From Planctomycetota bacterium (GTDB lineage Bacteria > Planctomycetota > UBA1135 > UBA2386): a DNA stretch of 64,000 nucleotides. Under the pieces are notes generated by a model. That model did no database searches, was not told where the DNA came from, and saw only the letters and a list, made by a program, of their open reading frames with translations. The stretch lies in the NCBI GenBank assembly GCA_947501605.1, contig CANMWZ010000002.1, positions 229,683 through 293,682 of the forward strand, given 5' to 3'. This document shows, one piece after another, positions 19,764-29,308 of this stretch; within the stretch, counting starts at the first letter, position 1; each line of letters starts with the position of its first letter. A program made the position numbers and the translations under genes.

Positions 19764-19772
19764 GCGCTCGAA

Positions 19773-20561
19773 TCAGTCGTTGCGGCGACCGCCGGTCGGA
19801 CCATTCGGTCGGTCGTTGTTCGGCTGCTGGTTCTGGCCATCGCCGCCGTTCGGCTCCGAGTTCGTGCCTGGCATCGGTGCCATCGGCTCGATCGGCATCG
19901 GCGCCTGGTCCTGCATCTGCGGCTGCCCTTCGCCCATCGGCTGGGCAGGCTGCAGCGAGAAGCGCTGCTGGTAGCTGGTGGCGAAGAACGCGTCGCCGGA
20001 GTAGTCGCTCCACCACTGGCGCCAGCCGAGCACCGACGTATGGCGCTGCGACTCGTTTTCGCTCAGGTGGTCGTAACCAAAGTCACGACCGGTCGTGCCC
20101 TTCAAGGCCTCGTGGCACAGGTAGCGCACTTCCTTCTTGGGGCTGTCGAGCCCTTCGATCAGCAGAGGTGCCTGCTGGATGTCACCGAGGGTCAACAACG
20201 TGCGGGCGACTTCGAGGCGCACCGTTTCGTTGCTGTCCTGCACGGCGGCCTGCAGGTAGGGAATCGTGCGACGATCGCGGATGCGACCGAGGGCCCAGGC
20301 GCACGAACTGCGAACCTTGGGGCTCTCGTGCTTGATGCCGCGCAGCAGCGCCGGGATTGTCGACTCGCCGGTCTGCGACAGCCACAGCAAGTTCTGCAGG
20401 AGCTCATCACCGTGCTCGTACGGAATCTGCTGCACGCGGCTCTCGATTTCGTCCGCCATCAGCGAGTTGGGCGGAGTGAACTCCGACTGCTCGGCGCCGG
20501 AGAACAAAGAGCAGCTGCCGCAGAGCAGCAGCAAGGGAAGAGTCAGGACCGCGATCCTCAT
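19773..20561 (-). CDS. HEAT-repeat lipoprotein
   Basis: Lipobox-like LCGSC; VRSSCAWALG, VRLEVARTL, VRYLCHEAL; TG.DFGYD...W..WW; P/M/Q-rich tail. Confidence 0.8.
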   Translation of the reverse strand: MRIAVLTLPLLLLCGSCSLFSGAEQSEFTPPNSLMADEIESRVQQIPYEHGDELLQNLLWLSQTGESTIPALLRGIKHESPKVRSSCAWALGRIRDRRTIPYLQAAVQDSNETVRLEVARTLLTLGDIQQAPLLIEGLDSPKKEVRYLCHEALKGTTGRDFGYDHLSENESQRHTSVLGWRQWWSDYSGDAFFATSYQQRFSLQPAQPMGEGQPQMQDQAPMPIEPMAPMPGTNSEPNGGDGQNQQPNNDRPNGPTGGRRND

Positions 20562-20841
20562 GGGGGATTACCTCTCAGGAAACCAACTGTCCGCACGCGT
20601 CGTGCAAGACAGCACCTTTGTCGGCAGTGCCATGGGCTGTTCTTGAGCCCAACTTCGCGGTCGCACTGGTTTCTTGTGGCAACGATCGCTGCTCCCGACC
20701 TGGCAGGAGATTGCAGCGAGCGCGCCGGATTTGTGGCGCCCTCGGCACAGGACGAACTCTTGCCCGCACTTCCGCAGATTGCCAAGATCCATGAGCTCGA
20801 CCGCCCGGTCGGGCCCATCCCTGCTCCCACAGGAGACTCTC

Positions 20842-21117
20842 ATGAACAAGGCAGATCTGATCGCCGAAGTGCAGCGACATCTCGGCGCCGAGTGCTCAAA
20901 GGCCCACGCCGAGAAGGTCGTCAACAGCGTGCTGGCGTCGATCCAACGCGGCTTGAAGAAGGACAAGGAAGTCCAGCTCGTCGGCTTCGGCACCTTCGCG
21001 GTCAAAAACCGCAAAGCGCGCACCGGCCGCAACCCGCAGACCAAGGAACCCCTGCAGATCAAGGCCTCGCGGACCGTCGGGTTCCGGGCCGGCACCGGCC
21101 TCAAGGGCAGTATCTGA
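20842..21117 (+). CDS. hup: HU family DNA-binding protein
   Basis: MNKADLI, VQLVGFGTF, RKARTGRNPQT; AGGAG SD upstream. Confidence 0.95.
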   Translation: MNKADLIAEVQRHLGAECSKAHAEKVVNSVLASIQRGLKKDKEVQLVGFGTFAVKNRKARTGRNPQTKEPLQIKASRTVGFRAGTGLKGSI

Positions 21118-21221
21118 TTGCATGGGCACGGGCGCAGCCGCCCCCCCGAGGAGCCAGCAGACTCCCTACCGCAGCGTCGGGCGAAGCAGCGCGGACGCAG
21201 TCCTGGCGAGCAGAGACGCCA

Positions 21222-21285
21222 ACTGGGTTAACTCGACTGGGTTAGCTCAACTGGGCTAACTCGACTGGGCTAACTCAACTGGGCC
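21222..21285. repeat. 14-bp tandem repeat (about 4.5 copies) between convergent HU and mnmA
   Basis: actgggttaactcg/actgggttagctca/actgggctaactcg/actgggctaactca/actgggcc; units start at 21222, 21236, 21250, 21264, 21278. Confidence 0.9.
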
Positions 21286-21322
21286 AAAACCCAACTCGCA
21301 CCAGCTCCCTCGCTCCAGCAAC

Positions 21323-22363
21323 TCAGTCGAGGAAGCCACCGCCAAGCACACGGTCGTCGTCGTAGAACACCGCGGCCTGACCCGGGGTGATCGCGAACAC
21401 CGGAGCGTCGAATGCCACCGCGACCACGCCGTCAGGACGGACGTTCAACGTCGCCATGGCCGCTTTGCTGCGGGCGCGGACCTGGACGGCAGCGCGCAGC
21501 TCCGCACCTTCCGCCGGCGGTTCGCACAGCCAACGGAGGCCCGCGACGCGGGCAAACTGTTGATCGAGCCCCGGACGCTGCAGGACGGTCACATCGCCGC
21601 TCGCGGCATCGATGCGGGCGACGTAGTGCGGAGTCCCGAGTGCCGGCAGACCTCGCCGCTGGCCGACCGTGAAGGCGTCGATACCGTCGTGGCGGGCAAC
21701 CTCCCGTCCGTGCTCATCGAGCACGCGACCCGGGATGCCGCCACCGCCGCGCTGGCGCACGACATCGCGGTAGTCGCCGGACGTGACGAAGCAGATCTCC
21801 ATCGACTCAGGCTTCTGCGCCGTGCGCAAGTCCGCCTCCGTGGCGATGGCCCGTACCTCCTGCTTGTCGAGATCGCCGAGGGGGAAGTGCACCTGCGGCA
21901 GCACGCTGCGGTCGATGCCGAACAAGTAGTAGCTCTGATCCTTGTTCTGGTCCTTGCCGCGGCGCAAGGCGCCGTCCACGCAGCGCGCGTAGTGCCCGGT
22001 CGCAACGCCATCGGCACCGAGGTCCTTCGCCAGCGAAAACACGTGGCCGAACTTCAGCTGCTGGTTGCACAACACACAGGGGTTCGGAGTCCGGCCGCGC
22101 CGGTACTCGTCGGCGAAGTGATCGATCAGGCTGCCGAATTCCTTCTCGTAGTCCACGGAGTAGAACGGCATGCCCAGTCGATCGCAGACCAGCGCCGCAT
22201 CGCGCGCATCACTGGCCGAGCAGCAGGACTTCTCCGCCGCTGGTCCGGAGCCGGAGACGCCGTTGCGGAAGAAAACGCCGACCACTTCGTGGCCCTGCCG
22301 CTGCAGCAGCAGAGCGGCAACGCTGCTATCGACACCGCCGGACATCGCAACCAGGACTCGCAT
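21323..22363 (-). CDS. mnmA: tRNA-specific 2-thiouridylase
   Basis: AMSGGVDSS, TPNPCVLCN..LKFG, ATGHY, KDQSYYL, ESMEICF, TVGQRRG, TPGQAAVFY. Confidence 0.97.
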   Translation of the reverse strand: MRVLVAMSGGVDSSVAALLLQRQGHEVVGVFFRNGVSGSGPAAEKSCCSASDARDAALVCDRLGMPFYSVDYEKEFGSLIDHFADEYRRGRTPNPCVLCNQQLKFGHVFSLAKDLGADGVATGHYARCVDGALRRGKDQNKDQSYYLFGIDRSVLPQVHFPLGDLDKQEVRAIATEADLRTAQKPESMEICFVTSGDYRDVVRQRGGGGIPGRVLDEHGREVARHDGIDAFTVGQRRGLPALGTPHYVARIDAASGDVTVLQRPGLDQQFARVAGLRWLCEPPAEGAELRAAVQVRARSKAAMATLNVRPDGVVAVAFDAPVFAITPGQAAVFYDDDRVLGGGFLD

Positions 22364-22437
22364 GAAGCACAAAGATGTAAGCAAAGAGGGCCGCTCCCTA
22401 TACTCCTCGGCCCTCCGATTTCCGCCCAGAGCCCCCA

Positions 22438-22896
22438 GTGATGTCGACCGCCGCGTTCGCGATCTCCGCCCCCACGACCCACGTGCTGCCTCAGGAGCCC
22501 ACGACCCCTGCCCCAGGTCCGTCTGGCGCCGGCCCGGCCGGGGCCGGCGATGCCGGCGCGGCCGGGACAGCCCAGCCGGGCGGCCCGGACGCCCCGCCGG
22601 CTACCGGAGCAGCGCAACCCTGCGGCACCGATACCTTCCTGATGATGGGCCTGTTCGTGGCCCTCATGTGGCTGATGGTGCTGCGCCCCGAAAGCAAGCG
22701 CCGCAAAGAGACCATGTCGATGCTGCAGGCCCTGAAGCAAGGCGACACCGTGGTCACGTCCGGGGGCATGCACGGCAAGGTCGCCACCATCTCGGACAAG
22801 ACCGTCGTGCTGCGCATCGACACCCAGATGGTCACGTTCGACCGCACAGCGATCGCGCGCGTGGTGCGCGATGACGGCTCGCCGACCAAGTCCTGA
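22438..22896 (+). CDS. yajC: Preprotein translocase subunit YajC with Pro/Ala/Gly-rich N-terminal extension
   Basis: TM helix then RPE.KRRK, LKQGDTVVTSGGMHGKV, FDRTAIARV. Confidence 0.9.
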   Translation: MMSTAAFAISAPTTHVLPQEPTTPAPGPSGAGPAGAGDAGAAGTAQPGGPDAPPATGAAQPCGTDTFLMMGLFVALMWLMVLRPESKRRKETMSMLQALKQGDTVVTSGGMHGKVATISDKTVVLRIDTQMVTFDRTAIARVVRDDGSPTKS

Positions 22897-23404
22897 CCTC
22901 GATTCAGGGGCCCGCGGCGAAGCCCTCGCCGCGGCCTTCCTGGAAGACCAGGGCTACCTCCTCCACGCCCGCAATCTGCGCACGCGACATGGCGAGATCG
23001 ACCTCTTGCTCCGCCACCGCGATGAGTGGGTCGCAGTCGAAGTCAAAGCGCGGCGACACCATCCTGCGCCCGAGCGCACCGCCCAACCAGCACAGCTCGA
23101 TCGGGTCGCGCGCGCGTTGTTGGCCGTTGCACCCTCGCTCCGACCTACACCCCGGCGCCTACGTCTCGATCTGGTCGCAATCCGCTGGCAGGAGGCGGCT
23201 GAGCCCGAAGTGCTGCATTTTCCCGCAGTCCGCAGCTGGCGACGAACCAACGGGCCTTGCGGTTCTGCGTCAGTACCCGAATGGGTGCCTGCCGATATCG
23301 CTAGCCGGGTCGCGCCAACAAACCGCGCCCACCACCTCTGGTCCCGCCTGCGACGCTTCGTCGCACGCATTCTGAGTCCGCTCGATTGGAACCGCGATCC
23401 CTGA
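22871..23404 (+). CDS. YraN (UPF0102) family endonuclease-like protein
   Basis: GARGE.LAA.FL...GY, RNLR...GEIDL, VEVKAR, R.DLVAI. Confidence 0.85.
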   Translation: MTARRPSPDLDSGARGEALAAAFLEDQGYLLHARNLRTRHGEIDLLLRHRDEWVAVEVKARRHHPAPERTAQPAQLDRVARALLAVAPSLRPTPRRLRLDLVAIRWQEAAEPEVLHFPAVRSWRRTNGPCGSASVPEWVPADIASRVAPTNRAHHLWSRLRRFVARILSPLDWNRDP

Positions 23405-23405
23405 G

Positions 23406-24851
23406 ATGGTCACGCTCAGCGAACAGATGATCCCGCGCCGCAAGCTGCTCCTCATGGTCGCGGAGTGCGTGCTGTTCACCGGGATCTTGTTTTTCGGCTC
23501 GAGCCTGCAGCCACTCGCTTCCCGGCCGCTGTCCGATGTGCCGCTGACCCCGGATCTGCTGCGCGGACTCCTGACCAGCCTGACCGTCGCCATCATCTGC
23601 CAGACGTCGCTCTCGTACAACGACCTCTACGACTGGCGCACGGCGCAGAACCGCGCCGAGTTGCCAAACCGCCTGCTGCACGCCTGCGGCTACTCCCTCG
23701 TGATGCTGGCAGCGCTGGTGCTGCTCCTGCCGCGACTGTTCTACTTCCCGAGCCTCGACGTCAGCGGACAGACCTGGAAGCTCATCCTGCTGCTCAGCGT
23801 TTCGTTCCTCGCAGTCTGGGGCTTCCGCCACGCGTTCCACTGGTTCTTCTACAAGTGGCGCTTTGGCGAACGGGTGCTCGTGCTTGGTGCCGCCCAAGAG
23901 GCGCAGGACCTGGCGCGGATGATCTCGACCAACCCGCTGGCTGGATACGAGCTGATGGGCCTCGTGCAGGAGACGGACGATCCTGTGCTGCCCTTCGATG
24001 CGGCGGTGCCGGTGCACCAGCGAATCGTCGGTTCTCTGGGCCAACTGCGCGAACTCTGCGACCAAGAGGGCATCGCGCGCGTGGTCGTCTCGCTGCGCGA
24101 GCGTCGCGGCCGCGTGCCGATCGAACAGTTGCTGGAATGCCGCATGGCTGGCATCACCGTCGAAGAGCGCGAGACGATGTACGAGCGCCTCACGGGCAAG
24201 CTCGCGGTCGAGAGCATGCGGCCGAGCTATCTGATCTTCGGCTCAGGCTTCGCTCGCGATCCGCTGACGCTGGCGCTGAAGCGTCTCCTGGACATCGGCG
24301 CCTCGTTCACGGGGCTGCTACTTTCGTTGCCGCTCGCGCTGTTCGCAGCGCTGGTGATCAAGATCTCCAGCAAGGGCCCGATCTTCTTCACGCAAGAACG
24401 CGTCGGTCAGGACGGCGAGGTGTTCCGGTTGATGAAGTTCCGCACCATGCGCGTGGACGCGGAGAAGGACTCGGGCCCGGTGTGGGCCAAGAAGAACGAC
24501 TCGCGCGTGACCATCGTCGGACGTTTCCTGCGCCTCACGCGCATCGACGAGATCCCGCAGTTCCTCAACATTCTGACCGGCAAGATGTCGTTCGTGGGAC
24601 CTCGGCCCGAGCGGCCCCACTTCGTCGAGCAACTGACCAAGTCGCTGCCGTTCTACCCGCTGCGGCACACGGTCAAGCCAGGACTCACGGGCTGGGCCCA
24701 GGTTTGCCACTCGTACGGGGCCTCGGTCGAGGACGCGACCGAGAAGCTGCGCTACGACCTGTACTACATCAAGAACGTCAGCATGATGTTCGACATCAAC
24801 ATCATCCTGCGGACGATCGGCGTCATCCTGCTCGGCAAGGGCGCCCGCTGA
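23406..24851 (+). CDS. Polyprenyl glycosylphosphotransferase (WcaJ-like; TIGR03013-type priming sugar transferase)
   Basis: N-terminal TM helices; KRLLDI, KFRTM..DAE, RIDEIPQ, MSFVGPRPERP, KPGLTGWAQV, LRYDLYYIKN. Confidence 0.92.
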   Translation: MVTLSEQMIPRRKLLLMVAECVLFTGILFFGSSLQPLASRPLSDVPLTPDLLRGLLTSLTVAIICQTSLSYNDLYDWRTAQNRAELPNRLLHACGYSLVMLAALVLLLPRLFYFPSLDVSGQTWKLILLLSVSFLAVWGFRHAFHWFFYKWRFGERVLVLGAAQEAQDLARMISTNPLAGYELMGLVQETDDPVLPFDAAVPVHQRIVGSLGQLRELCDQEGIARVVVSLRERRGRVPIEQLLECRMAGITVEERETMYERLTGKLAVESMRPSYLIFGSGFARDPLTLALKRLLDIGASFTGLLLSLPLALFAALVIKISSKGPIFFTQERVGQDGEVFRLMKFRTMRVDAEKDSGPVWAKKNDSRVTIVGRFLRLTRIDEIPQFLNILTGKMSFVGPRPERPHFVEQLTKSLPFYPLRHTVKPGLTGWAQVCHSYGASVEDATEKLRYDLYYIKNVSMMFDINIILRTIGVILLGKGAR

Positions 24852-24923
24852 CCGCGCACCCAGCCCTTGGGCTCCGGCACCGCGCCGTGGAGCCCGCTCG
24901 CGCTCCCGCATAGCCTCACCACC

Positions 24924-26507
24924 ATGACCTACCGCATCCTCGTCGCCGATGATCTCGCTGAAGACGGCCTCGCGATTCTCCGTACCGCCGGCGAAGTCAC
25001 GCTGCAAAAGGGCATGAACGAGGATGCTCTGCGACAGAAGCTGCCGGGCTTCCATGCGCTGGTCGTGCGTTCGGCGACGCAGGTCACCGCCCGCTCGCTC
25101 GAACTCGCCGACGAACTGGCGCTGATCGGCCGCGCTGGCATCGGCGTCGACAACATCGATGTGCCAGCAGCTACCGAGCGCGGCATCGTCGTGATGAACA
25201 CGCCCGAAGCGGGCGCCGTCACGACCGGCGAGCACGCCCTCGCGCTGATGCTGTCGATGGCCCGCATGATCCCGCAGGCCGATGCGTCGGTCCGCGCTGG
25301 CAAGTGGGAGAAGAGCAAGTTCACCGGCGTCGAGATCACCGGCAAGCAACTCGGCATCCTTGGCCTCGGCCGCATCGGCCGCGTCGTCGCCGAACGCGCC
25401 CGGGGGCTAGGGATGCTGGTCACTGCCTACGACCCCTTCGTCACCGCTGCGACCGCACCCCAAGGCGTGCGCATGCTCGAACTCGACCAGTTGCTGCAGA
25501 CGTCCGACTTCCTCTCGGTCCACATGCCGCTGGCCGACGAGACCCGCGGCTTTCTGTCCAAAGCGCTGTTCGCCAAGATCAAGAAGGGCGCCCGGCTCGT
25601 GCACGCGGCCCGCGGCGGCATCGTCGACGAGGTCGCGTTGTGCGAAGCCCTGCAATCGGGCCAGCTCGCTGGCGCCGCCGTCGACGTGTTCGAGCAGGAA
25701 CCACTCCTGCCAGACAGCCCCCTGCGCGCGGCCCCCAACCTGATCCTGACCCCGCACCTCGGCGCCAGCACCCACGAGGCCAAACACAACGTCTCGATCG
25801 AGATGGCCAAGCAAGTTGCACTCTGCTTGCAGAAGGGCATCGCTCTGAACGGCGTCAACGTCCCGCGCATTGCACCGAGCGACGCCGCGCAGGTGGGCCC
25901 CTATCTCGCCCTGGTGCAGCACCTCGCGAGCTTCTTGGTGCAGACGTTCCCCGGCTCGCTGCGTTCGCTGCGACTCACGGTCCAGGGCTCGATCGCCGAA
26001 TCGGCGGTGCGGCCGCTGCGCGCCGCCATGATGGTCGGCGCCCTCAAGCCAACCACCGCCGGCGCCGTCACTCCGGTCAATGCCGATCGCATTGCCAAAG
26101 ACCGCAACCTCGTGGTGATCCACGAGTCCAGCACCATGAAGCGCGACTTCATGAACCTATGCCGCGTCGAAGCCCTGATCGACGACGAGCGCCACTTCGT
26201 CACGGGCACGGTACTGGGCCACCGTCATGGTCGACTCGTCGAACTCGACGACTATGTGCTCGACGCGATCCCCGAAGCACCGCTGCTCGTCACCTTTCAC
26301 CGCGACCAGCCTGGCGTCGTGGGCAAGCTCGGCACCATGCTCGGCGATGCTGGCATCAACATCAGCCGAATGCAGATCGGCACCGCCGACGACCCAACGA
26401 ACAACCCCGCTGTCGCCATTCTCAACCTCGACCGCGCCCTGACCGAACCGCAGCTGGCCGCAATCCGGTCCCTGCCGGCGATCCAACGGGCGGCAATGGT
26501 GCGCTGA
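24924..26507 (+). CDS. serA: D-3-phosphoglycerate dehydrogenase (long form with ASB and ACT domains)
   Basis: VRSATQV, GRAGIGVDNID, GLGRIG, ARGG, TPHLGAST.EA, HRDQPGVVG...INISRMQ. Confidence 0.95.
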   Translation: MTYRILVADDLAEDGLAILRTAGEVTLQKGMNEDALRQKLPGFHALVVRSATQVTARSLELADELALIGRAGIGVDNIDVPAATERGIVVMNTPEAGAVTTGEHALALMLSMARMIPQADASVRAGKWEKSKFTGVEITGKQLGILGLGRIGRVVAERARGLGMLVTAYDPFVTAATAPQGVRMLELDQLLQTSDFLSVHMPLADETRGFLSKALFAKIKKGARLVHAARGGIVDEVALCEALQSGQLAGAAVDVFEQEPLLPDSPLRAAPNLILTPHLGASTHEAKHNVSIEMAKQVALCLQKGIALNGVNVPRIAPSDAAQVGPYLALVQHLASFLVQTFPGSLRSLRLTVQGSIAESAVRPLRAAMMVGALKPTTAGAVTPVNADRIAKDRNLVVIHESSTMKRDFMNLCRVEALIDDERHFVTGTVLGHRHGRLVELDDYVLDAIPEAPLLVTFHRDQPGVVGKLGTMLGDAGINISRMQIGTADDPTNNPAVAILNLDRALTEPQLAAIRSLPAIQRAAMVR

Positions 26508-26509
26508 GG

Positions 26510-27247
26510 ATGCGGGCGCAGCCACCGTTTGGCGCGGTCTACTTCGACTGCGACTCGACCCTGTCGACGATCGAGGGGGTCGACGAGCTGGTCGCAGGTC
26601 TCGATCGCCGCACGCAGCAAGAACTGCTGCTGCTGACACAGCGCGCCATGGAAGGTTCGCTGCCCCTTGGCGCGGTCTACGAGACCCGCTTGGCCCAGAT
26701 CGCACCGAATCGCTCGGCGCTGGTCGGCGTCGGCACTCGCTACGTCGATCGCGTGGTCGAAGACGCGGGCAACGTGGTGGCGGCGTTGCAGTATCTCGGC
26801 AAGCACGTCGGCATTGTCAGCGGCGGGCTGCTGTTGCCGGTGCGCATGCTGGCCCAGACGCTCGGCATCGACCCAGCGAACGTCTACGCCGTCCCACTGC
26901 ACTTCCATGACGACGGCAGCTACCGCGACTTCGATCGCCAATGCCCGTTGTGGCAGAACGGCGGCAAGATCGACGTCCTGCGCGCACTGCCGGCGTCGCA
27001 CCGCCCCCTGGTGTTCGTCGGCGACGGGGTGACGGACCTCGAAACCCAAGGTACGGCCGCGGACCTGTTCGTAGGCTTCGGCGGCGTGGTTGTCCGCCAG
27101 AAGGTGAAGGCCACGGCCCAGGCATGGATCGAGTCCCCGAGCCTCGCCTCGCTGCTGCCGCTGGTGTTGACTGGCGAAGAGCTAGCACGACTTGCGGACG
27201 ACCCTAGATTCCACCTGCTAGTGCACCGCGCAACCGCGACGACCTGA
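26510..27247 (+). CDS. serB: HAD-IB phosphatase, phosphoserine phosphatase
   Basis: FDCDSTL..IEGVDEL, T.RAMEG, VSGG, GK, VGDG.TD; position after serA. Confidence 0.85.
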   Translation: MRAQPPFGAVYFDCDSTLSTIEGVDELVAGLDRRTQQELLLLTQRAMEGSLPLGAVYETRLAQIAPNRSALVGVGTRYVDRVVEDAGNVVAALQYLGKHVGIVSGGLLLPVRMLAQTLGIDPANVYAVPLHFHDDGSYRDFDRQCPLWQNGGKIDVLRALPASHRPLVFVGDGVTDLETQGTAADLFVGFGGVVVRQKVKATAQAWIESPSLASLLPLVLTGEELARLADDPRFHLLVHRATATT

Positions 27248-28332
27248 TGCCCATGGCCGACCATCCAGATCATCCTGTGCTCTTCCTGCCCGGACCGACC
27301 GAAGTCGATGCCGAGTTGCGCCAAATCATGGCGACCCCTCTCGTTGGCCATCGATCGGCAGGCTTCGTCGCATGCGTGCAGGACGTCTGCAAGCGACTGC
27401 AACCGCTGTTTGCAACCCGCGCACACGCCGCGTTCGAGACCTGCCCGGCGACCGCCTTGATGGAGGCCGCGATCCGCAACCTCGTGCCACACGGGGGCCT
27501 CACTCTGCACCTGTCTGGCGGGGCCTTCGCTGAGCGCTGGGCCAAGATCAGCGGCTACTGCGGCCGCCAGCCGGAGTCGCTGCTGTCGACCTGGGGCTCA
27601 CCGAGCGATCCCGACGCGCTCGTGGCCCGACTGAAGCACGGACCGCACCCCGCCGCGGTGATGATCACGCACAACGAGACCTCGACCGGCGTGCTGCAGC
27701 CGTTGCAGCAACTGGCCGCCGTCGTCCACGAGCACGCACCGCAGGCGCTGGTCATCGTCGACGCCGTGACTTCGCTCGCCGGCGCCGAGCTGCAGTTCGA
27801 CGCCTGGGGAATCGACCTCGCATTCGCCGGCACCCAGAAGTGCTTGGCATTGCCGCCGGGACTCACCGTGTATGCGCTCAGCGAGCGCGCGATGCAGGAA
27901 GCAGCCAAGGTCACCGACCGCGGCTTCTTGCTCGACTTCGTGCGCGCCGTACCGGACACCGTCGCTGGCAAGCCGCTGGCGACGCCGTGCGTGCCACTCG
28001 TGCTCGCCTTGCAGCACCAACTGCGCCGCATCGAGCAGGAGGGCCTCGCCGCTCGTTGGCAGCGTCATCGCGCCATGCGCGACGCCACCCATGCCTTTGC
28101 TGCGAGCCACCAGATCGCACCCTACGTCAGCAATGCCGCGGCGCGCTCGATGACCGTCAGTTGCTTCCACGCCTCGGGCCGCGACGTGAAGCAAATGGCC
28201 GAACGCGCCAGTGCCGCGGGCTACAAGATCGACCAGGGCTACGGCGACTTGAAGGGCAAGACCTTCCGCATCGGCCACATGGGTGACCACACGGTCGCGC
28301 GCCTGCAGCAGTGCCTCGCGACCCTGCTGTGA
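27247..28332 (+). CDS. Class V PLP aminotransferase (alanine-glyoxylate/serine-pyruvate type; likely phosphoserine aminotransferase role)
   Basis: LFLPGPT, HRS, HNETSTG, VDAVTS, GTQKCLALPPG, FRIGHMG. Confidence 0.88.
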   Translation: MPMADHPDHPVLFLPGPTEVDAELRQIMATPLVGHRSAGFVACVQDVCKRLQPLFATRAHAAFETCPATALMEAAIRNLVPHGGLTLHLSGGAFAERWAKISGYCGRQPESLLSTWGSPSDPDALVARLKHGPHPAAVMITHNETSTGVLQPLQQLAAVVHEHAPQALVIVDAVTSLAGAELQFDAWGIDLAFAGTQKCLALPPGLTVYALSERAMQEAAKVTDRGFLLDFVRAVPDTVAGKPLATPCVPLVLALQHQLRRIEQEGLAARWQRHRAMRDATHAFAASHQIAPYVSNAAARSMTVSCFHASGRDVKQMAERASAAGYKIDQGYGDLKGKTFRIGHMGDHTVARLQQCLATLL

Positions 28333-28338
28333 GCGCGT

Positions 28339-29265
28339 TCAGCCGGTGACCAGCAGTACCGTGCCGACGGTGGCAACCGCGGTCCCCACCACGGCCATGC
28401 CGGTCACGCGAGCGCGGGAGGCAAAGAACGACACCGGCAGCAGAAATAGCGGCGTCAGGGACATCAGGGCGGCGGCGGTGCCGGCGCGTTCGGCATGGCG
28501 CGTCGCGATCATCGACAGCCAGATGCCGGCAATGGGGCCGAACATCGTTCCGAGCATCGCGTGGCGCCGCGCCGCGGGCTGCCGCAACACGACGACGACG
28601 GCTGCCGCCTGCCGCTGGCACAACGAGATCACCACTACGGCCAAGGTGCCGGCCACGAGCCGCACAACCGTCGCCGACAAGGGATCGATGCCGCTCGCTA
28701 GATCGGGTCCAGGCTGCATCGCCGCGCGCGACAAGATCATGCCGACCGCCTGACCGAGAGCCGCAACCCCGGCGCCGGCGATGCCGAACGCGCGCTGCCG
28801 CGCCGTGAGGTCGGGGCGCCACGACGAGCCATCCCGTCCGCGCCACACGACCACAACTACTCCCGTCATCGTCAGCACGAGCCCGCACGCCTCGCGCAGA
28901 TCCGGAACTTCGGCCGCCGTGGCCCACGCCAGCATCAGCGCCAACCCTGGCCACGACGCCTGGACCACCGAACTGAGCCGCGGCCCGATCGAGGCCAAGG
29001 CATAGAAGTAGCCGAGGTCGCCGATCGCGAGGCCGAACACACCCGAGAGCACGAGCAAGGTCGTTCGCTGAACGGGCACGTCAGAAGGCCAAAGGCCACC
29101 GACGGTCACCGCGTGCAGCAGCAGCATCAGCGGTACGGCGGCAAACAGCCGGAACTGGTTCACGCCGACGGCGCCCGCGGCGCGGCTCGCGAGGCCAAAG
29201 TACAAGCTGCTCCCCGTCCAGCACATCGAGGCCACAATGGCGGCGAGTTGGTCCAAGTGCAGCAT
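28339..29265 (-). CDS. DMT/EamA family transporter
   Basis: About 10 TM segments in two repeats; SG..GL.IGD..YF.AL..IGPR. Confidence 0.85.
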   Translation of the reverse strand: MLHLDQLAAIVASMCWTGSSLYFGLASRAAGAVGVNQFRLFAAVPLMLLLHAVTVGGLWPSDVPVQRTTLLVLSGVFGLAIGDLGYFYALASIGPRLSSVVQASWPGLALMLAWATAAEVPDLREACGLVLTMTGVVVVVWRGRDGSSWRPDLTARQRAFGIAGAGVAALGQAVGMILSRAAMQPGPDLASGIDPLSATVVRLVAGTLAVVVISLCQRQAAAVVVVLRQPAARRHAMLGTMFGPIAGIWLSMIATRHAERAGTAAALMSLTPLFLLPVSFFASRARVTGMAVVGTAVATVGTVLLVTG

Positions 29266-29308
29266 GGGATGGCGCGGCACTGTGGCCGCTGGCTACCGTG
29301 CGTGCAAC

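Noticed and set aside
20701..20715. sigma54 promoter upstream of HU (TGGCAGGAGATTGCA)
   Set aside because: GG-to-GC spacing is 9 nt, not the required 10
21222..21285. Possible CRISPR array
   Set aside because: Units are contiguous 14-mers without unique spacers, and no cas genes are present
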